Assembly (NCBI GenBank): GCA_000004695.1
Contig: CM000155.2
Location: 1,184,001-1,248,000, forward strand
From: Dictyostelium discoideum
Taxonomy: Eukaryota
Direction: 5' to 3'
DNA length: 64,000 nucleotides
How positions within the stretch are numbered: the first letter of the stretch is position 1; every line of letters starts with the position of its first letter. Below the pieces are notes generated by a model that saw only the letters and a program-made list of their open reading frames with translations, did not search any database and had not been told where the DNA came from. A program made the position numbers and the translations under genes. Below are positions 19,243 to 35,274 of the stretch, piece after piece.

Positions 19243-19260
19243 AATAAATAATAATTTAAA

Positions 19261-20462
19261 ATGGATAGTTTTAACCCAGCATTACCATCAATCGTTGAAT
19301 CATTAGATGATATTTATAAAAATTTTGAAAATAATAAGAAAAGATATGAAGAATTAAATGAAACATTTTCAAAAATTTATAATGGTGATAAACCAATATT
19401 TTATTTTAGAGCACCTGGTAGAGTTAATTTAATTGGTGAACATGTTGATTATAGTGGTTATTGTGTATTAGTAAGTATAAATTAAAAAAAAAAAAAATAT
19501 TAATTTTTTTGAAATATTAATTTTTTTTTTTTAAAAAATAGCCATTTGCATTAGAACAAGATACAATAGTTGCAGTTTCATTTAATAAATTAAATAATGA
19601 TATTATAAATATACATAATTGTAATGAAAAATATACACCAAAATCAATTGATGTTAGTGGTGGTGGTGATATTGAGATTGATATGAAGAGACATCATTGG
19701 ACAAATTATGTATTGGCAGCATGGAAGGGTGTTTCACAGGCGATGGAGAAAGGTGGCAAATTGAAATCGGTTAATTTATTATACAGTGGTAATGTGCCAA
19801 TGGGGGCAGGTGTGTCGAGTTCAAGTGCGTTAGTTTGTGTATCAACATTGGCAATCTCCTATTGCAATAATTTAATATTGAATAAGGAAGAGTTGGCCCA
19901 ACTTTCAATAAAGAGTGAAAGATATGTCGGTGTCGAGAGTGGGGGTATGGACCAAAGCATTTCGTTCCTCGCCGAGCAGAACACTGCCAAATTAATTGAA
20001 TTCCATCCAAGCTTAAAGACATTTGATGTACAATTGCCAAAAGGTGTTTCATTTGTAATTTGTAATAGTTTAGTTGACTCGTTGAAAGTGGTGACCGGCG
20101 CAACTAACTACAATTTACGTGTGGTTGAATGCAGATTGGCTGCGGTGTTATTAGCATTCCATTGCGGTCTCTCGTGGGAAAAAGTCAGACGTTTGAGAGA
20201 TGTCCAATATCAAGGTAACTTTGACCTTCCTCAATTAATTCAATTAACTGAGCAACACCTCTCAGAGAAACAAACCTACACTCGTGAAGAAGTTGCAACA
20301 ATATTAGATATCTCTGTTGAACAATTAGTTAAAACTTATTTCCCATCAGGTATAACTGTTCAATCTGAACATTTTGAACTTTATAAACGTGCTAGACATG
20401 TTTTCACTGAAACTCAACGTGTTTATAAATTTAGTGAAATTTGTAAACAACAATCAAATTTC

Positions 20463-20493
<31 letters not shown>

Positions 20494-20837
20494 GTAGTAA
20501 TAATACAAATATTATACAAGAATTAGGTAAACTTATGAATGAAAGTCATGAAAGTTGTTCAAAATTATTTGAATGTTCATGTTCAGAATTAGATAGTTTA
20601 ACAAAGATTTGCCGTGAAAATGGTGCTTTAGGTTCACGTTTAACTGGTGCTGGTTGGGGTGGTTGTGTTATCTCATTAGTTCCGAATTCAAAAGTTGACT
20701 CTTTCTTGGACGCAATTGATACTCATTATTATTCAAAATTTGTAAATCCTGAAAAATTAAAAAATATTGAAAAATCATCTTATTCTTTCTTTACAACTCC
20801 ATGTAAAGGTGCTTGTATAGTTTCTTCAACTGTTTAA
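19261..20837 (+). CDS. Galactokinase (GHMP kinase family, GALK2/N-acetylgalactosamine kinase-like), 2 exons
   Basis: Exons are 19261..19470 (GTAAGT) and 19542..20837. The galactokinase signature is [27 protein letters not shown]. The GHMP ATP motif is [16 protein letters not shown]. The C-terminal motif is [17 protein letters not shown]. Confidence 0.85.
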
Positions 20838-20928
20838 ATTCAAAAAAAAAATATAAAAAAAAATAAAAAAAAAAAAATAAATAAATATCAAATACCTATT
20901 TTTAGAAATAAAAACAAATTAATTAAAA

Positions 20929-21075
<147 letters not shown>

Positions 21076-21232
21076 AAAAAGGAAAAAAATAAAAAATCTT
21101 TTTAAAATTAAATAATAATAAAATTATATTTAGGAATTAACAAAATTGGAGAATCTTTGCAACAGAGTCTTGAAATTGATTTTTTTGAATTTTTTTGATT
21201 TTTTTTTTTTTTGATTTTTTTTTATTATTTTA

Positions 21233-21275
<43 letters not shown>

Positions 21276-22605
21276 TAATTTTTTTTTTTTTTTATTTTTT
21301 TTTTTTTTTTTTTGGTTGACCTTAGTATTAATTTTCATATAAAAAAATTTTCCTCTTTGTCCATCACTCTTCGTATTAATAAATTATTTTTTTTTTTTTC
21401 TTTTTTTCAAAAAAAATATAAAAGCCAAATTCAAAAATTGGAAGTTTGTTATTAAAATAAAAAAAAAAAAATTTAAAAAAAAAAAAAAAAAGGAGAATTT
21501 AAAAAAGAAAAGAAAAGGAAAAAAATAAAAAAAACGGGTTTGGTGTTTCGAATTTTGTTTATATAACTATAAAATAATAAATAATTAAACATTGGTAAGT
21601 GGAATTAAAAAAAAAGAAATCGAATTCCAAAACTCCCAATATTGTTTCATAATTTGGTCAACCACTCCCCCAAATGTTGATAATCTTGTTATTCACATCA
21701 AAAAAAAATAAAAAAATAAAAATCAAAAAAATAAAAAAATAAAAAAAAAAAAAAAAAAAAAAAAATCACATCAAAAAAAAAAAAAAAAAAACAATAATAA
21801 TAAAAATATTTGGTATGTCATTAAAATTGGATAGCGTGAGTGACCCAAATATAAATTCTCCATCTCTTGTATATTTATATTAGTTTTCATATATATATAT
21901 ATATTTTTTTTTTTTGTGGGGGTGGTTGCATTTTTTTTTTTTTTTTTTTTTTCTTCCATTTTGATTTTGTATTTTATTCTTTTTATTTTTTTTTTCTCTT
22001 TTTCTTATTTCTATAAAATTCCGTCTTGTGTAAAATTTGATCAAAATATAACCAAAGTAAAAAAAAAAAAAAAAATAATGATAATACAAATAAAAAATAT
22101 AAACAAAGTAAAAAAAAAAAAATAATGATAATACAAATAAAAAAAAAAATAAAAATAAAAATAAAAGAATATTTCAAACACTACTCCACCACACATAAAA
22201 CAGACACACATGCACAGCACGGTTTCAACAAATATTGCCTAAAATAAATATTTTAAAAAAAAAAAAAAAAAAAAACAATAAAAATAATAATAATAATAAA
22301 AATTGTGTAACACAACTAAACTTCAACATAATAACCTTTATTTTTTTCATTTTTTTATTTTTTATTTTATTTATTATTAATAATAAATATTTATTTTTAA
22401 GTAATATAAATAGGTATTCATTCTCAAATTGAGATAACAATTTGTAACAACAGAAACAACAGGTAATAGTTTGTAGTAGTAGTAGTAGTAGTAGAAGGCA
22501 ATATTAAAAAAAGATTTGAATAAGTTTATTTTATTTTTTTCTTTCAAGAAAATAAAGAAATAAATAAATAAATAGAAAAGTAAAAAAAAAAGAAAAGAAA
22601 AGAAA

Positions 22606-22801
22606 ATGTTTAAGTGGCACCAAAGTAATAATTTGGTTTACGTTACATTTAACATTCCAGCAAATGTTACAAAACAAGATATTCATGCTGAAATTACAAG
22701 TTCATCAATTGGATTAGGTGTTAAAGGTTTTGGTTTAAATTGTGAAGTATGTATCTTGTTTATTGATTTTTATTTTTAGGATGATAATAATAATAATAAT
22801 A

Positions 22802-22886
<85 letters not shown>

Positions 22887-25800
22887 ATAGGGAACATTAT
22901 TTTCAAGTATTAAAGGATCAAAATGGGCAATTAAAGATGATACAGTTCAAGTTCAAATGGATAAACAACAAACAGGTGTAAAATGGAGTCATTTATTATC
23001 AGAAATTACAGAATCAAATGCAAAAGCAGTTGTGTTATTTGAATATGAGGCAACCTCTGAAGAGGAATTATCATTAATACCACATCAAGTCATTGATATC
23101 ATTTCAAAGGATGATTCTGGTTGGTGGGAAGGTTCAAAACAACAAATGAATGGTGTATTTCCATCAAATTTCGTACAAGAATTTCCAACTGATTATCAAC
23201 CACCTGAAGATGAGGATGCAAGTGCAGAGGCTACAAAAGAGGAGGAAATATCGAAACCAATTAGTCAAGTCTCAAGACTTGGTATTAATATTAGTTTAGG
23301 TAGTATGGATGAATTAAAGAATAAATTAGCAAATAGAAAAACTGCAACTTATACATCTGCTGATATTGAAGAGGCTCATAATAATAATAATGCTTCAAAT
23401 GAAGAATCTAATAGTAGTAGTAGTAGTAGTAGTAGTAGTAATATTAATAGTAGTGGTGGATTTGTAGCAGTTAAACCAAGTGGTGCTGTAAATACACAAC
23501 AAAGACAACCAGGTAAAGTTTTATTAAATAATAGACAATCAACTATACTTTCAGGTGTACCACCAGCAATTCAATCAATTCCATCATCAAATACAAATAC
23601 AACCACCACCACCAATACTACACCAGCAGTTCAACCATTAATTCAATTAAAACCAAAACAAACAAATACAGAGATTAATACGAGTGGAAATTCAATCCCA
23701 GCAACAACATCAAAAGAATCACAATCAACTAAAGAGGAATCATCTAGTGGTGGCAATAAAATTACATCATTATTTAAAAAACCATTGAAAAAGATTACAG
23801 CGATTTCAGCATTAACAGGTTCACATTCAAGTAATGAAAGTAGTAGTGGTGGAGATAAAAATAATAGCGGTAGTAAAACAAAAGCGAAAGTAGTTTATGA
23901 TTTCGAAAGTAAAGAACCAAATGAATTAAATTTGAAAAAAGGTGATATTATCGTTGTTTTAGCAAAGGATTCATCCGGTTGGTGGCAAGGTATAAATCAA
24001 TCAACTCAAGCAACTGGTTGGTTTTCAAATACATTTGTCGAGGAGATTAAAGAGGAGAAATTACCACCACCACCATCATCATCTGAAAATAAACAACCAT
24101 TAAAGATTGTTAAATCACCACCACCAAAATCATCATCATCATCACAACCACAAACAGTTGAAGCAAAATTACAATCATTATCAGATACACCAAAATTGGA
24201 AACAGCAAGAAAAGCAGGTGCTGCTAAAGGTAGAAAACCACCATCAAGAGTACGTGCCTCTTATTTATTATCTGATGATGAAAAAGCAGAGAGAGAAAAA
24301 CTTAAACAAAGTTTTTATTCTCATGTTGTTTCTTCACAAAAAGAACTTTCAATGTATGATAATAATGAAGATGGTGGTGAACATCTATCTGATGATGATC
24401 AACCATCAACACCACCTTCAATTTCACGTAGTGGAGGTTCATTCACTCCAACACAACAACAACAACAACAATCAGTTGATAAACCTATTGAAAGACCATC
24501 AAAACCACCACCACCAAAACGAACAGCGGCAATGAATAGCTCACTTAATAATATAAATGAACCACCACCACCAAGTAATAAACCACCACCACCACCAAAA
24601 TCATTAAAACCACTCTCAACTAGTGATGGATATGAACCACCATCACCACCATCATCATCGTCAACAACTCCAATTACAACAAGTGGTGAAGATACTCTTC
24701 AAAAATCACCTACATTACAAAGAAAAGTTGCGCCACCACCACAACAACAAAATGAACAAGATTTACCATCTTCACTTGTCGGTAAACCACCACCACTTAA
24801 ACCAACTCCAAAACCAAGAGCAATACAGACAAACAGCGAATCAACAGCACCAGCACCAACACCTTCACATGAAGTTAACTTTAAAGCAAACCTAAAACCA
24901 GCAAAACCTTCATCACCACCAATTGGTAATTCACAAGAAATTCCAACAGATACATCATCACCACCAAATGCAACTACACCACAACCAACACCTCCACCAT
25001 TAAAAAGAGTAGCTAAACCACCTGTACAACAACAACAACCATCAAATGAAAATATTGAAAATATAACACAATTTAAATTAAAACCATCACCAGCTTCACC
25101 AACTTCACCAAGTTCACCAACTATTGATCCAATTTCAACCACAACTAAACCACCAGCTAGACCACCATTAAAGAAATCAGCAGCAGCAGCAGCACCACCT
25201 TCACCACCAAATGAAGAAGCTACAACCACATCACCACCAACATTAGCAGCAAAACCAAAAGTAGCCTTAAGAAATGGACCAAGCTCAGCACCAACATCAC
25301 CATTATCACAACCACAACAACCACTACCACCATCAACTCATAAGAGAAATCTTTCAAATCCAAATACAACCAACAATGAAAAACCACCACCACCAACTAA
25401 AAAACCACAATTAATAAAACCATTACCACAATTTAATGACATTTGTGTTGAAGTATCAAATATTTGTAATGAAATTCAAGAGAGAAGCGATAACTCTCAA
25501 GAGACAACCACCACCTTTAAACATAATTACCCATCATTGATTGATTCATTCTTTTCAGTTGCCGTTTGTAGTAATGATGGTCAATTTTGGGGTAACGATG
25601 ACCAATTGAATGATCATTGTGTACCAATGTTTCAAGTTATCTATCCATTCCTTTACTCGATACTTTGCGAAGAGATTGGTTTGGATGAAGTTTCAAAGTT
25701 TATCTCTGATCAAGCTAGACCTGACAGTTACGACAATCAAAAACCACTAAACGATCAAAAGAAATCACATAATCCATTCACATTGGCTGGTCAATTGATT

Positions 25801-26418
25801 ACAGCAAATCTGTTCACTGGTAAATATCCAAATGCCGTCACTAGAATCTACCAATTTTTAAATATAATTCAAGAGTTGGTAAATTGTAGTAGTGTTTCAT
25901 GTGATATGGTCTCTTATTTATCTCAAAAATCTGAAACCTCTGATGAGATATTGGTGGGTCATTTATTGAAATCCTCTGGATTAATTAAACAACCTGATGA
26001 TGTTTTAGACTTTTTCTATCAAATCAATTCAATTCAATTAAATTCAAAACAGGTTTCAGTATTGGCTGCAACACTTGCCAATGATGGTGTTTGTCCATTC
26101 TCTCAAGATTTGAAATTAGCCCCTAAAAATATAATCTCAAAAACTATTGACCTCATTAGAATTTGTAATTCAACTCCAATAACCTCTTCAATTTTCGATA
26201 ACAATATTGATAATATTAATAATTCTAAAATAATTCCTATCTTAAGTGATAGTGGTGTCTTAATGATTATCATTCCTGGTTTAATGGGTGTTTCAATCAT
26301 CTCTCCATGTAATAATAATAATAATAATAATAATAACAATAATGATAATTTCAATCATTATCCAAATAATAATCATATTGAATTTTGTAAAAAATTATGT
26401 TCAATTTTAGATCAATAA
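22606..26418 (+). CDS. Multidomain protein: N-terminal CS (p23/HSP20-like) domain + two SH3 domains + long Pro/Ser-rich linker + C-terminal glutaminase-like domain lacking the catalytic Ser/Lys
   Basis: Exons are 22606..22746 (GTATGT donor) and 22891..26418. The CS-like beta-sandwich is WHQSNNLVYVTFNIP...GLNCE|GTLFSSIKGSKWAIKDDTVQVQM. SH3-1 is AKAVVLFEYEATSEEELSLIPHQVIDIISKDDSGWWEG...GVFPSNFVQEF. SH3-2 is KAKVVYDFESKEPNELNLKKGDIIVVLAKDSSGWWQG...GWFSNTFVEEI. The glutaminase fold is VAVCSNDGQ, HNPFTLAG, DFFYQINSIQL...VSVLAATLANDGVCPF and IPILSDSGV...IPGLMGVSIISP. In the VPMFQVIYPFLY region the expected S-x-x-K nucleophile is replaced (S becomes I, K becomes F). Confidence 0.7.
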
Positions 26419-26753
26419 TTAAAAAAAAAAAAAAAAAAACTATAAATAAATAAATAAATATATAAATATATTTTAAAAAAAAAAAAAAAAATAAATTAAA
26501 TTAAAAGAAAAAAAAAAAATATGTGTATAACAATATTTTAGCTAATTGTCCAATAATTTTTTTTTTATTTTTTTTATTTATTTATTTTTTTTTTTTTAAA
26601 AAAATATAAATATTCTTGGATTTTTTTTTTTTTTTTTTAAAAAAAATATAAATAACTACATAAACACAATTTTGATATCTTCTGTTTGTGTGTTTTATAA
26701 TTATTTTAAATTAAAAAGATGGCTTTCTTCAAATAATTTTTTTTTTTTTTTTT

Positions 26754-26794
<41 letters not shown>

Positions 26795-26815
26795 TTTTTT
26801 TTTTTAATTTTTTAA

Positions 26816-26846
<31 letters not shown>

Positions 26847-26910
26847 ATATTTTTTCACATACTATTTTTTTTCAAATAAAAAAAAAGAAAAAAAATAAAA
26901 TAAAAATAAT

Positions 26911-27002
26911 ATGGTTACAGGTATAAAGGTAATGAATTTATATCAAAATATAATTTTACCACATATGGTTTGATTATTAACATTTTAAAAAAAATTTTTT
27001 TT

Positions 27003-27036
<34 letters not shown>

Positions 27037-27718
27037 ACAGAAAACTGTTAAAGTAGTAGTTGTAGGTGATGGTGCTGTTGGGTATGTATTTTTTTTTTAT
27101 AACACATTTTCAGAAATAGAAAAAAAAAAAAAAAATACTAATTTTTTTTTTTTTTTTTTTTTTTTCTAAAAAAAATTTAATAATCCCCACCAATATTTTA
27201 TTATTACTATTTACGAAATTACAATGAAAATCCAATAAAATTTGGTTGAATTTTTTTTTTTTATAATACAGTAAAACTTCACTTTTAATTTTATATACAA
27301 CTAAAGCATTCCCAAAAGATTATGTACCAACAGTATTTGGTATGTGTTGGATTATTTATAATAATTAAGTTAATCCTCAATCATCATCAATCATCATCAA
27401 TCATCATCATCATCATCATTATAGTGATCGTGATTTAATAATTGACCAATATCAACAATCAAAAACAACTCAACAGCAACAAGAGCAATTATACTTATAT
27501 TTTATTTATTGAAAAAAAAAAAAAAAATTATTATTATTATTATTATTATATAGATAACTTTAATTGTTTAGAGATGTACGATAATAAACCAGTTAATTTA
27601 GTATTGTGGGATACCGCTGGTCAAGAAGATTATGATAATTTACGTCCATTGTCATATCCACAGGTAAGTTTTCATTGTTACTTAATTTTAAATAGATATT
27701 TATGATTAATTCTAATAT

Positions 27719-27761
<43 letters not shown>

Positions 27762-28299
27762 TTATTTCTAGACTGATGTATTTATAATATGTTATTCAGT
27801 AGTTAAAAGAGATTCGTTAGATAATATAAAGTATAAATGGTTACCTGAAATTAATCAAACTAATCAGGGTACACCAATTATTTTAGTTGGTACAAAGACT
27901 GATTTAAGGGAGGACAAAAAAACATTATCACAATTACAAGAATCAAAACAAGAACCAGTTTCAAGAGATGAAGGTGTAGCATTAGCAAAAGAGATAGGTG
28001 CAGTACAATTTTTCGAATGTTCTGCATTGACAGGTAATGGTGTAAATGATATTTTCGCTGCTGCAATTAAAGCAGCTTTTAATAAACCTGCTGTAACTTC
28101 ACCAACTTCGAAATCTAGTGGTAAATCTTCACCTTCATCTACCTCTTCAAAACCTTCTAAAACTACTACTACAACTACAACCTCTTCTTCTTCTTCTTCA
28201 CCACCTGCTGCTTCAACTGCAAAACCAGCAGGTGAAAAGAAATTAAGTTGGGGTTTGTTCCGTAAAAAAGATAAAGATGAAAAGAAACCAGCAAAATAA
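26911..28299 (+). CDS. Rho/Rac-family small GTPase with Ser/Thr-rich, Lys-rich C-terminal extension and no CAAX box, 5 exons
   Basis: Exons are approximately 26911..26928, 27041..27081, 27272..27339, 27554..27663 and 27772..28299. G1 is [11 protein letters not shown](S). The Rho insert context is YVPTVFDNF. G3 is WDTAGQEDY. Also present are [13 protein letters not shown]4 TKTDLR and G5 ECSAL. The protein ends ...[22 protein letters not shown] with no Cys. The first 6-codon exon and the start codon are tentative. Confidence 0.65.
27715..27765. repeat. (ATTT)n microsatellite within intron 4 of the Rac-like gene; (CATCAT/CAATCAT)n at 27371..27420 in intron 3
   Basis: The sequence is atttatttattt... 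directly upstream of the ttctag acceptor. Confidence 0.85.
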
Positions 28300-28482
28300 A
28301 TTTATAATCAAATAAAAAAAAAAAAAAAAAAAAGAATAAAAAAAAAAAAATAAAAAAAAAAATAAAAAAAAAAAACCAACAAATGAGATATTATCACACA
28401 TAACTTTAAACATCCCTGGAAAAAAAAAAAAAAAAAAAAAAAATTGTTTTTTTTCCGGCTATTTATTTTTTTTTTTTTATTT

Positions 28483-28514
28483 TAGGTTTAAAACCCTGCC
28501 ATTTCCCCGGGAGG

Positions 28515-28520
<6 letters not shown>
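28483..28520. other. GC-containing palindromic element (taggtttaaaaccctgccatttccccgggagggttttaaaa) about 190 bp downstream of the Rac-like gene stop
   Basis: aaaaccct and agggtttt are reverse complements. A central cccggg palindrome is flanked by long A-runs. This could be a terminator-like hairpin or a short repeat remnant. Confidence 0.4.
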
Positions 28521-28555
<35 letters not shown>

Positions 28556-28817
28556 CCATTAAACCAATTATTTAAAAAAAAAACTTTTAAGATTCCCTTT
28601 TTTTTTTTTTTTTATTTTTTTTAAATTTTTTATTTTTTTTATTTTATTTTCATTCCTTTTTAATAGGGGTTTTGTTTAAATTATTAAATTTCACTATGTT
28701 CACAAACACACCAATCATTTTTTTATTTATTTTTTATTTTTTTTTTATTTTTTTTTTTTATTTTCATTTTTTTTAATTTATTTTTTTTTTTTTTAAAAAA
28801 AAATTTTATGCTTTGAA

Positions 28818-28853
<36 letters not shown>

Positions 28854-29026
28854 TTTATTATAAATGAAAATAACAATTATCCCAACATCATCAATCAATT
28901 AAATATTTTATAAATTTATAAAAAAAAAATAAAAAAATAAAAAAATAAAAAAATAGGATTAATTCTTATCAAAATTATTTTCAAAAAAAAAAAAAATAAA
29001 AATAAAATAATTAAATCATTTAAACA

Positions 29027-32618
<3,592 letters not shown>

Positions 32619-32985
32619 ATAATAAAATAAATATAAATACCATAAATAATAAATCAATAAATTTTTAATTAAATAAATATTATTAAATAATTATTAATTA
32701 TTAAATAAATAATTAATTTTTAAATAAATATTAATTAATTATTATTAATTAATTATTAAATAATAATAAATAATAATAATAAGTAATAATAGTTTTTTTT
32801 TTTAATAAAAAAAAAAAAAAAATTTGTTTTTTTTTTTTTTTTTTTAAAACATTCCCAGGGGAATTCTCCAATTTCTTTACAATAATTTTCATTTTAAAAA
32901 TAAATTTAATTTGTTGTTTGTGGTTGTTGTTGTGGTTGAATTTGAATTTTAAAATTGTTGAAGTTAAAGTTTAAATTGTTAATCC

Positions 32986-33048
32986 CCAGGGGTAAAAGGG
33001 GATTTTCCAGGGGTAAATGGTGGATTTCCATGGGTAAATTTGGAAATA
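32986..33048. repeat. Three degenerate tandem copies of a 21-bp G-containing motif (ccaggggtaaaaggggatttt / ccaggggtaaatggtggattt / ccatgggtaaatttggaaata)
   Basis: The repeat sits inside an atypical 32850..33500 stretch with G/C homopolymers (gggggg, ccccccc) that are unusual for this genome. Confidence 0.6.
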
Positions 33049-33251
33049 AATTAAATTGGATAAAACCTTGGTTAAATTTTTCCCTAACCTTTAAAAATTT
33101 TAAATTAAATTTTTTTTATTTGGCCCTTTTTAAAATTTTTTTTAAAATTTTTTTTAACCTTCCCAATAAAGAAAAAAAAATTTTTTTTTTTTTTAAATTA
33201 TTTTTTTTTTTTCAAATATTCCCAACCCTTTTTTTAATGTTTTAAGGGGGG

Positions 33252-33319
<68 letters not shown>

Positions 33320-33706
33320 GCACATAAAAAAAAAATATTTAAAGTGATAATTATTTACTTTAAATATTTTTTTTTAAAAAATGAATAAAGTTTAATTTTA
33401 AAACATTAGGAGGGGGTATTATTTATGATGTGGTGAATTATTGCCAATAGATTTATTGAACCCCCCCAATTTAATTGTTTAAAGTTGGTTTTTTTTTTAT
33501 GGTGGAAAGATAAAAAAATTTTTTTAAGAAAAAAAAAAGAAATAATTGACAAAAAAAAAAATAAAAGAGAAACCATTGTTCAAAAAAAAAAAAGGAGGAA
33601 AAAAAAAAAAAACAAATAAAGTTTTAATAATACACAATTTTTTTTTTAAACTATTTACACTTTTTTATTATAATTATTTTTTTTTTTAGAAAAATTAAAA
33701 TTTTAA

Positions 33707-34333
33707 TTATTTACTATCAATATAATTAATTGAATTAGCATCATTATTATTACTATTATTATTATTATTACTATTATTATTGAAAATATTATTTGTATTA
33801 TTAAAACTTTCATTATCAGAAGTTGGTTGAAGGAAATTGAATTTTTTATCTACAAAAACAAACTTTGTTTGTTGATATAGTATATTATCATTATTACTTT
33901 TACTGAAATCTTTTGTAACATGAATAACTTTATCTTTGTGTACCATAATAGCTTTAGCAACAATTAATGGGAATAATGGTATCATTAAAGTTGAAGCAGC
34001 TACTATCTTTAAAACGTATTTTTGTTGACTATATTCAAATTGTTCACCAGTTAAAACATCAACACCATTTCTATAGAGACGACGTTGAGAATCTTTACTT
34101 AAAACATGTGGTGGTGTAATTGTAAATCTATCATTCTTATATGAAAATGAACAAACCAATGAAGTACCTTCAAATACAACACGTTTAGTTGGTTGACCAT
34201 TTACGAAAATTAAAATATCCTCTGGAATTGTACCAGTAATAACACGTGATTCAATTACTAAATCTTCTTTTTCAAATATCCATTTATTACTAATATGTTT
34301 AATTTCATTATTATTATTATTATAAGTACTCAT
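33707..34333 (-). CDS. Hypothetical small protein with one central hydrophobic helix and an Asn-rich C-terminus
   Basis: This is a single 208-aa ORF. The non-repetitive N-terminal about 150 aa (WIFEKEDLVIESRVITGTIPEDILIFVNGQ...RLYRNGVDVLTGEQF) precede one TM-like segment YVLKIVAASTLMIPLFPLIVAKAIMV. I recognise no family. Confidence 0.45.
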   Translation of the reverse strand: MSTYNNNNNEIKHISNKWIFEKEDLVIESRVITGTIPEDILIFVNGQPTKRVVFEGTSLVCSFSYKNDRFTITPPHVLSKDSQRRLYRNGVDVLTGEQFEYSQQKYVLKIVAASTLMIPLFPLIVAKAIMVHKDKVIHVTKDFSKSNNDNILYQQTKFVFVDKKFNFLQPTSDNESFNNTNNIFNNNSNNNNNSNNNDANSINYIDSK

Positions 34334-34375
34334 TTTTATTTATTTTATTTTATTTATTTATTTATTTATTTATTT

Positions 34376-34411
<36 letters not shown>

Positions 34412-35095
34412 TTTTAACTATTTATTTTATTTATTTATTTATTTAATTTTGTTTAAAAAAAAAAAAAATTTTATTTATTTTTTGGAATTGGAAATTATTA
34501 TTTTTTATATAGTTAATAATTTTTTATTTTTTTTTTTATTTAAAAATTATTTATTTTTTTGATAAGTTTTATTTGTTATAACTAATCCTTTTGAGACTTT
34601 TTTTAATTTTTATTAATAATGATTGTAAAAAAAATTTTTTTTTTTTTTTTTTTTTTTTATTTTACTTTAATAAATTTTTTTAAATTATTGAGACGTATTT
34701 AATAATGCGTATTTTCAGACCATGATATTTATGGTTGTTTTTTTTTTTTGTTTAATTTTTATATGACTCCATTTTGGTGATCGGATTTATTAGAAAAAAA
34801 AACAACAATTTCATCCTGTTTCTTCAATTTTGGCCCAAAAAAAAAAAAAAAAATTCAAAACCAGGAAATAGTTTTTTTATTTTTATTTTTATTTTTATTT
34901 TTTTTTATTTTTTTAAACAGAGTCACAAATTTGTAAATAAAACTGGTTTAAAAATAAACAAAAAAAATTAAATTTATTTCTGAAAAAAAAAAAAAGAAAA
35001 AAATACCAAATTTACTTTTAAAAAAAAAAACCTGTGTAGATTTATTAATCATTATTTTTATTTTATTTTCTTTTTACTTTTTTTATTATTTTTTT

Positions 35096-35126
<31 letters not shown>

Positions 35127-35274
35127 CACCAGTTTTAAAAAATTATATGGATACAAAGAATCTATGAATTATTTATTATTATTATTATTATTAATGGTTT
35201 TATTATTATTATTTTTTTTTATTTATTTTATTAATTAATTTTAATTTTATTTTTATTTTATTTTTATTTTATTT

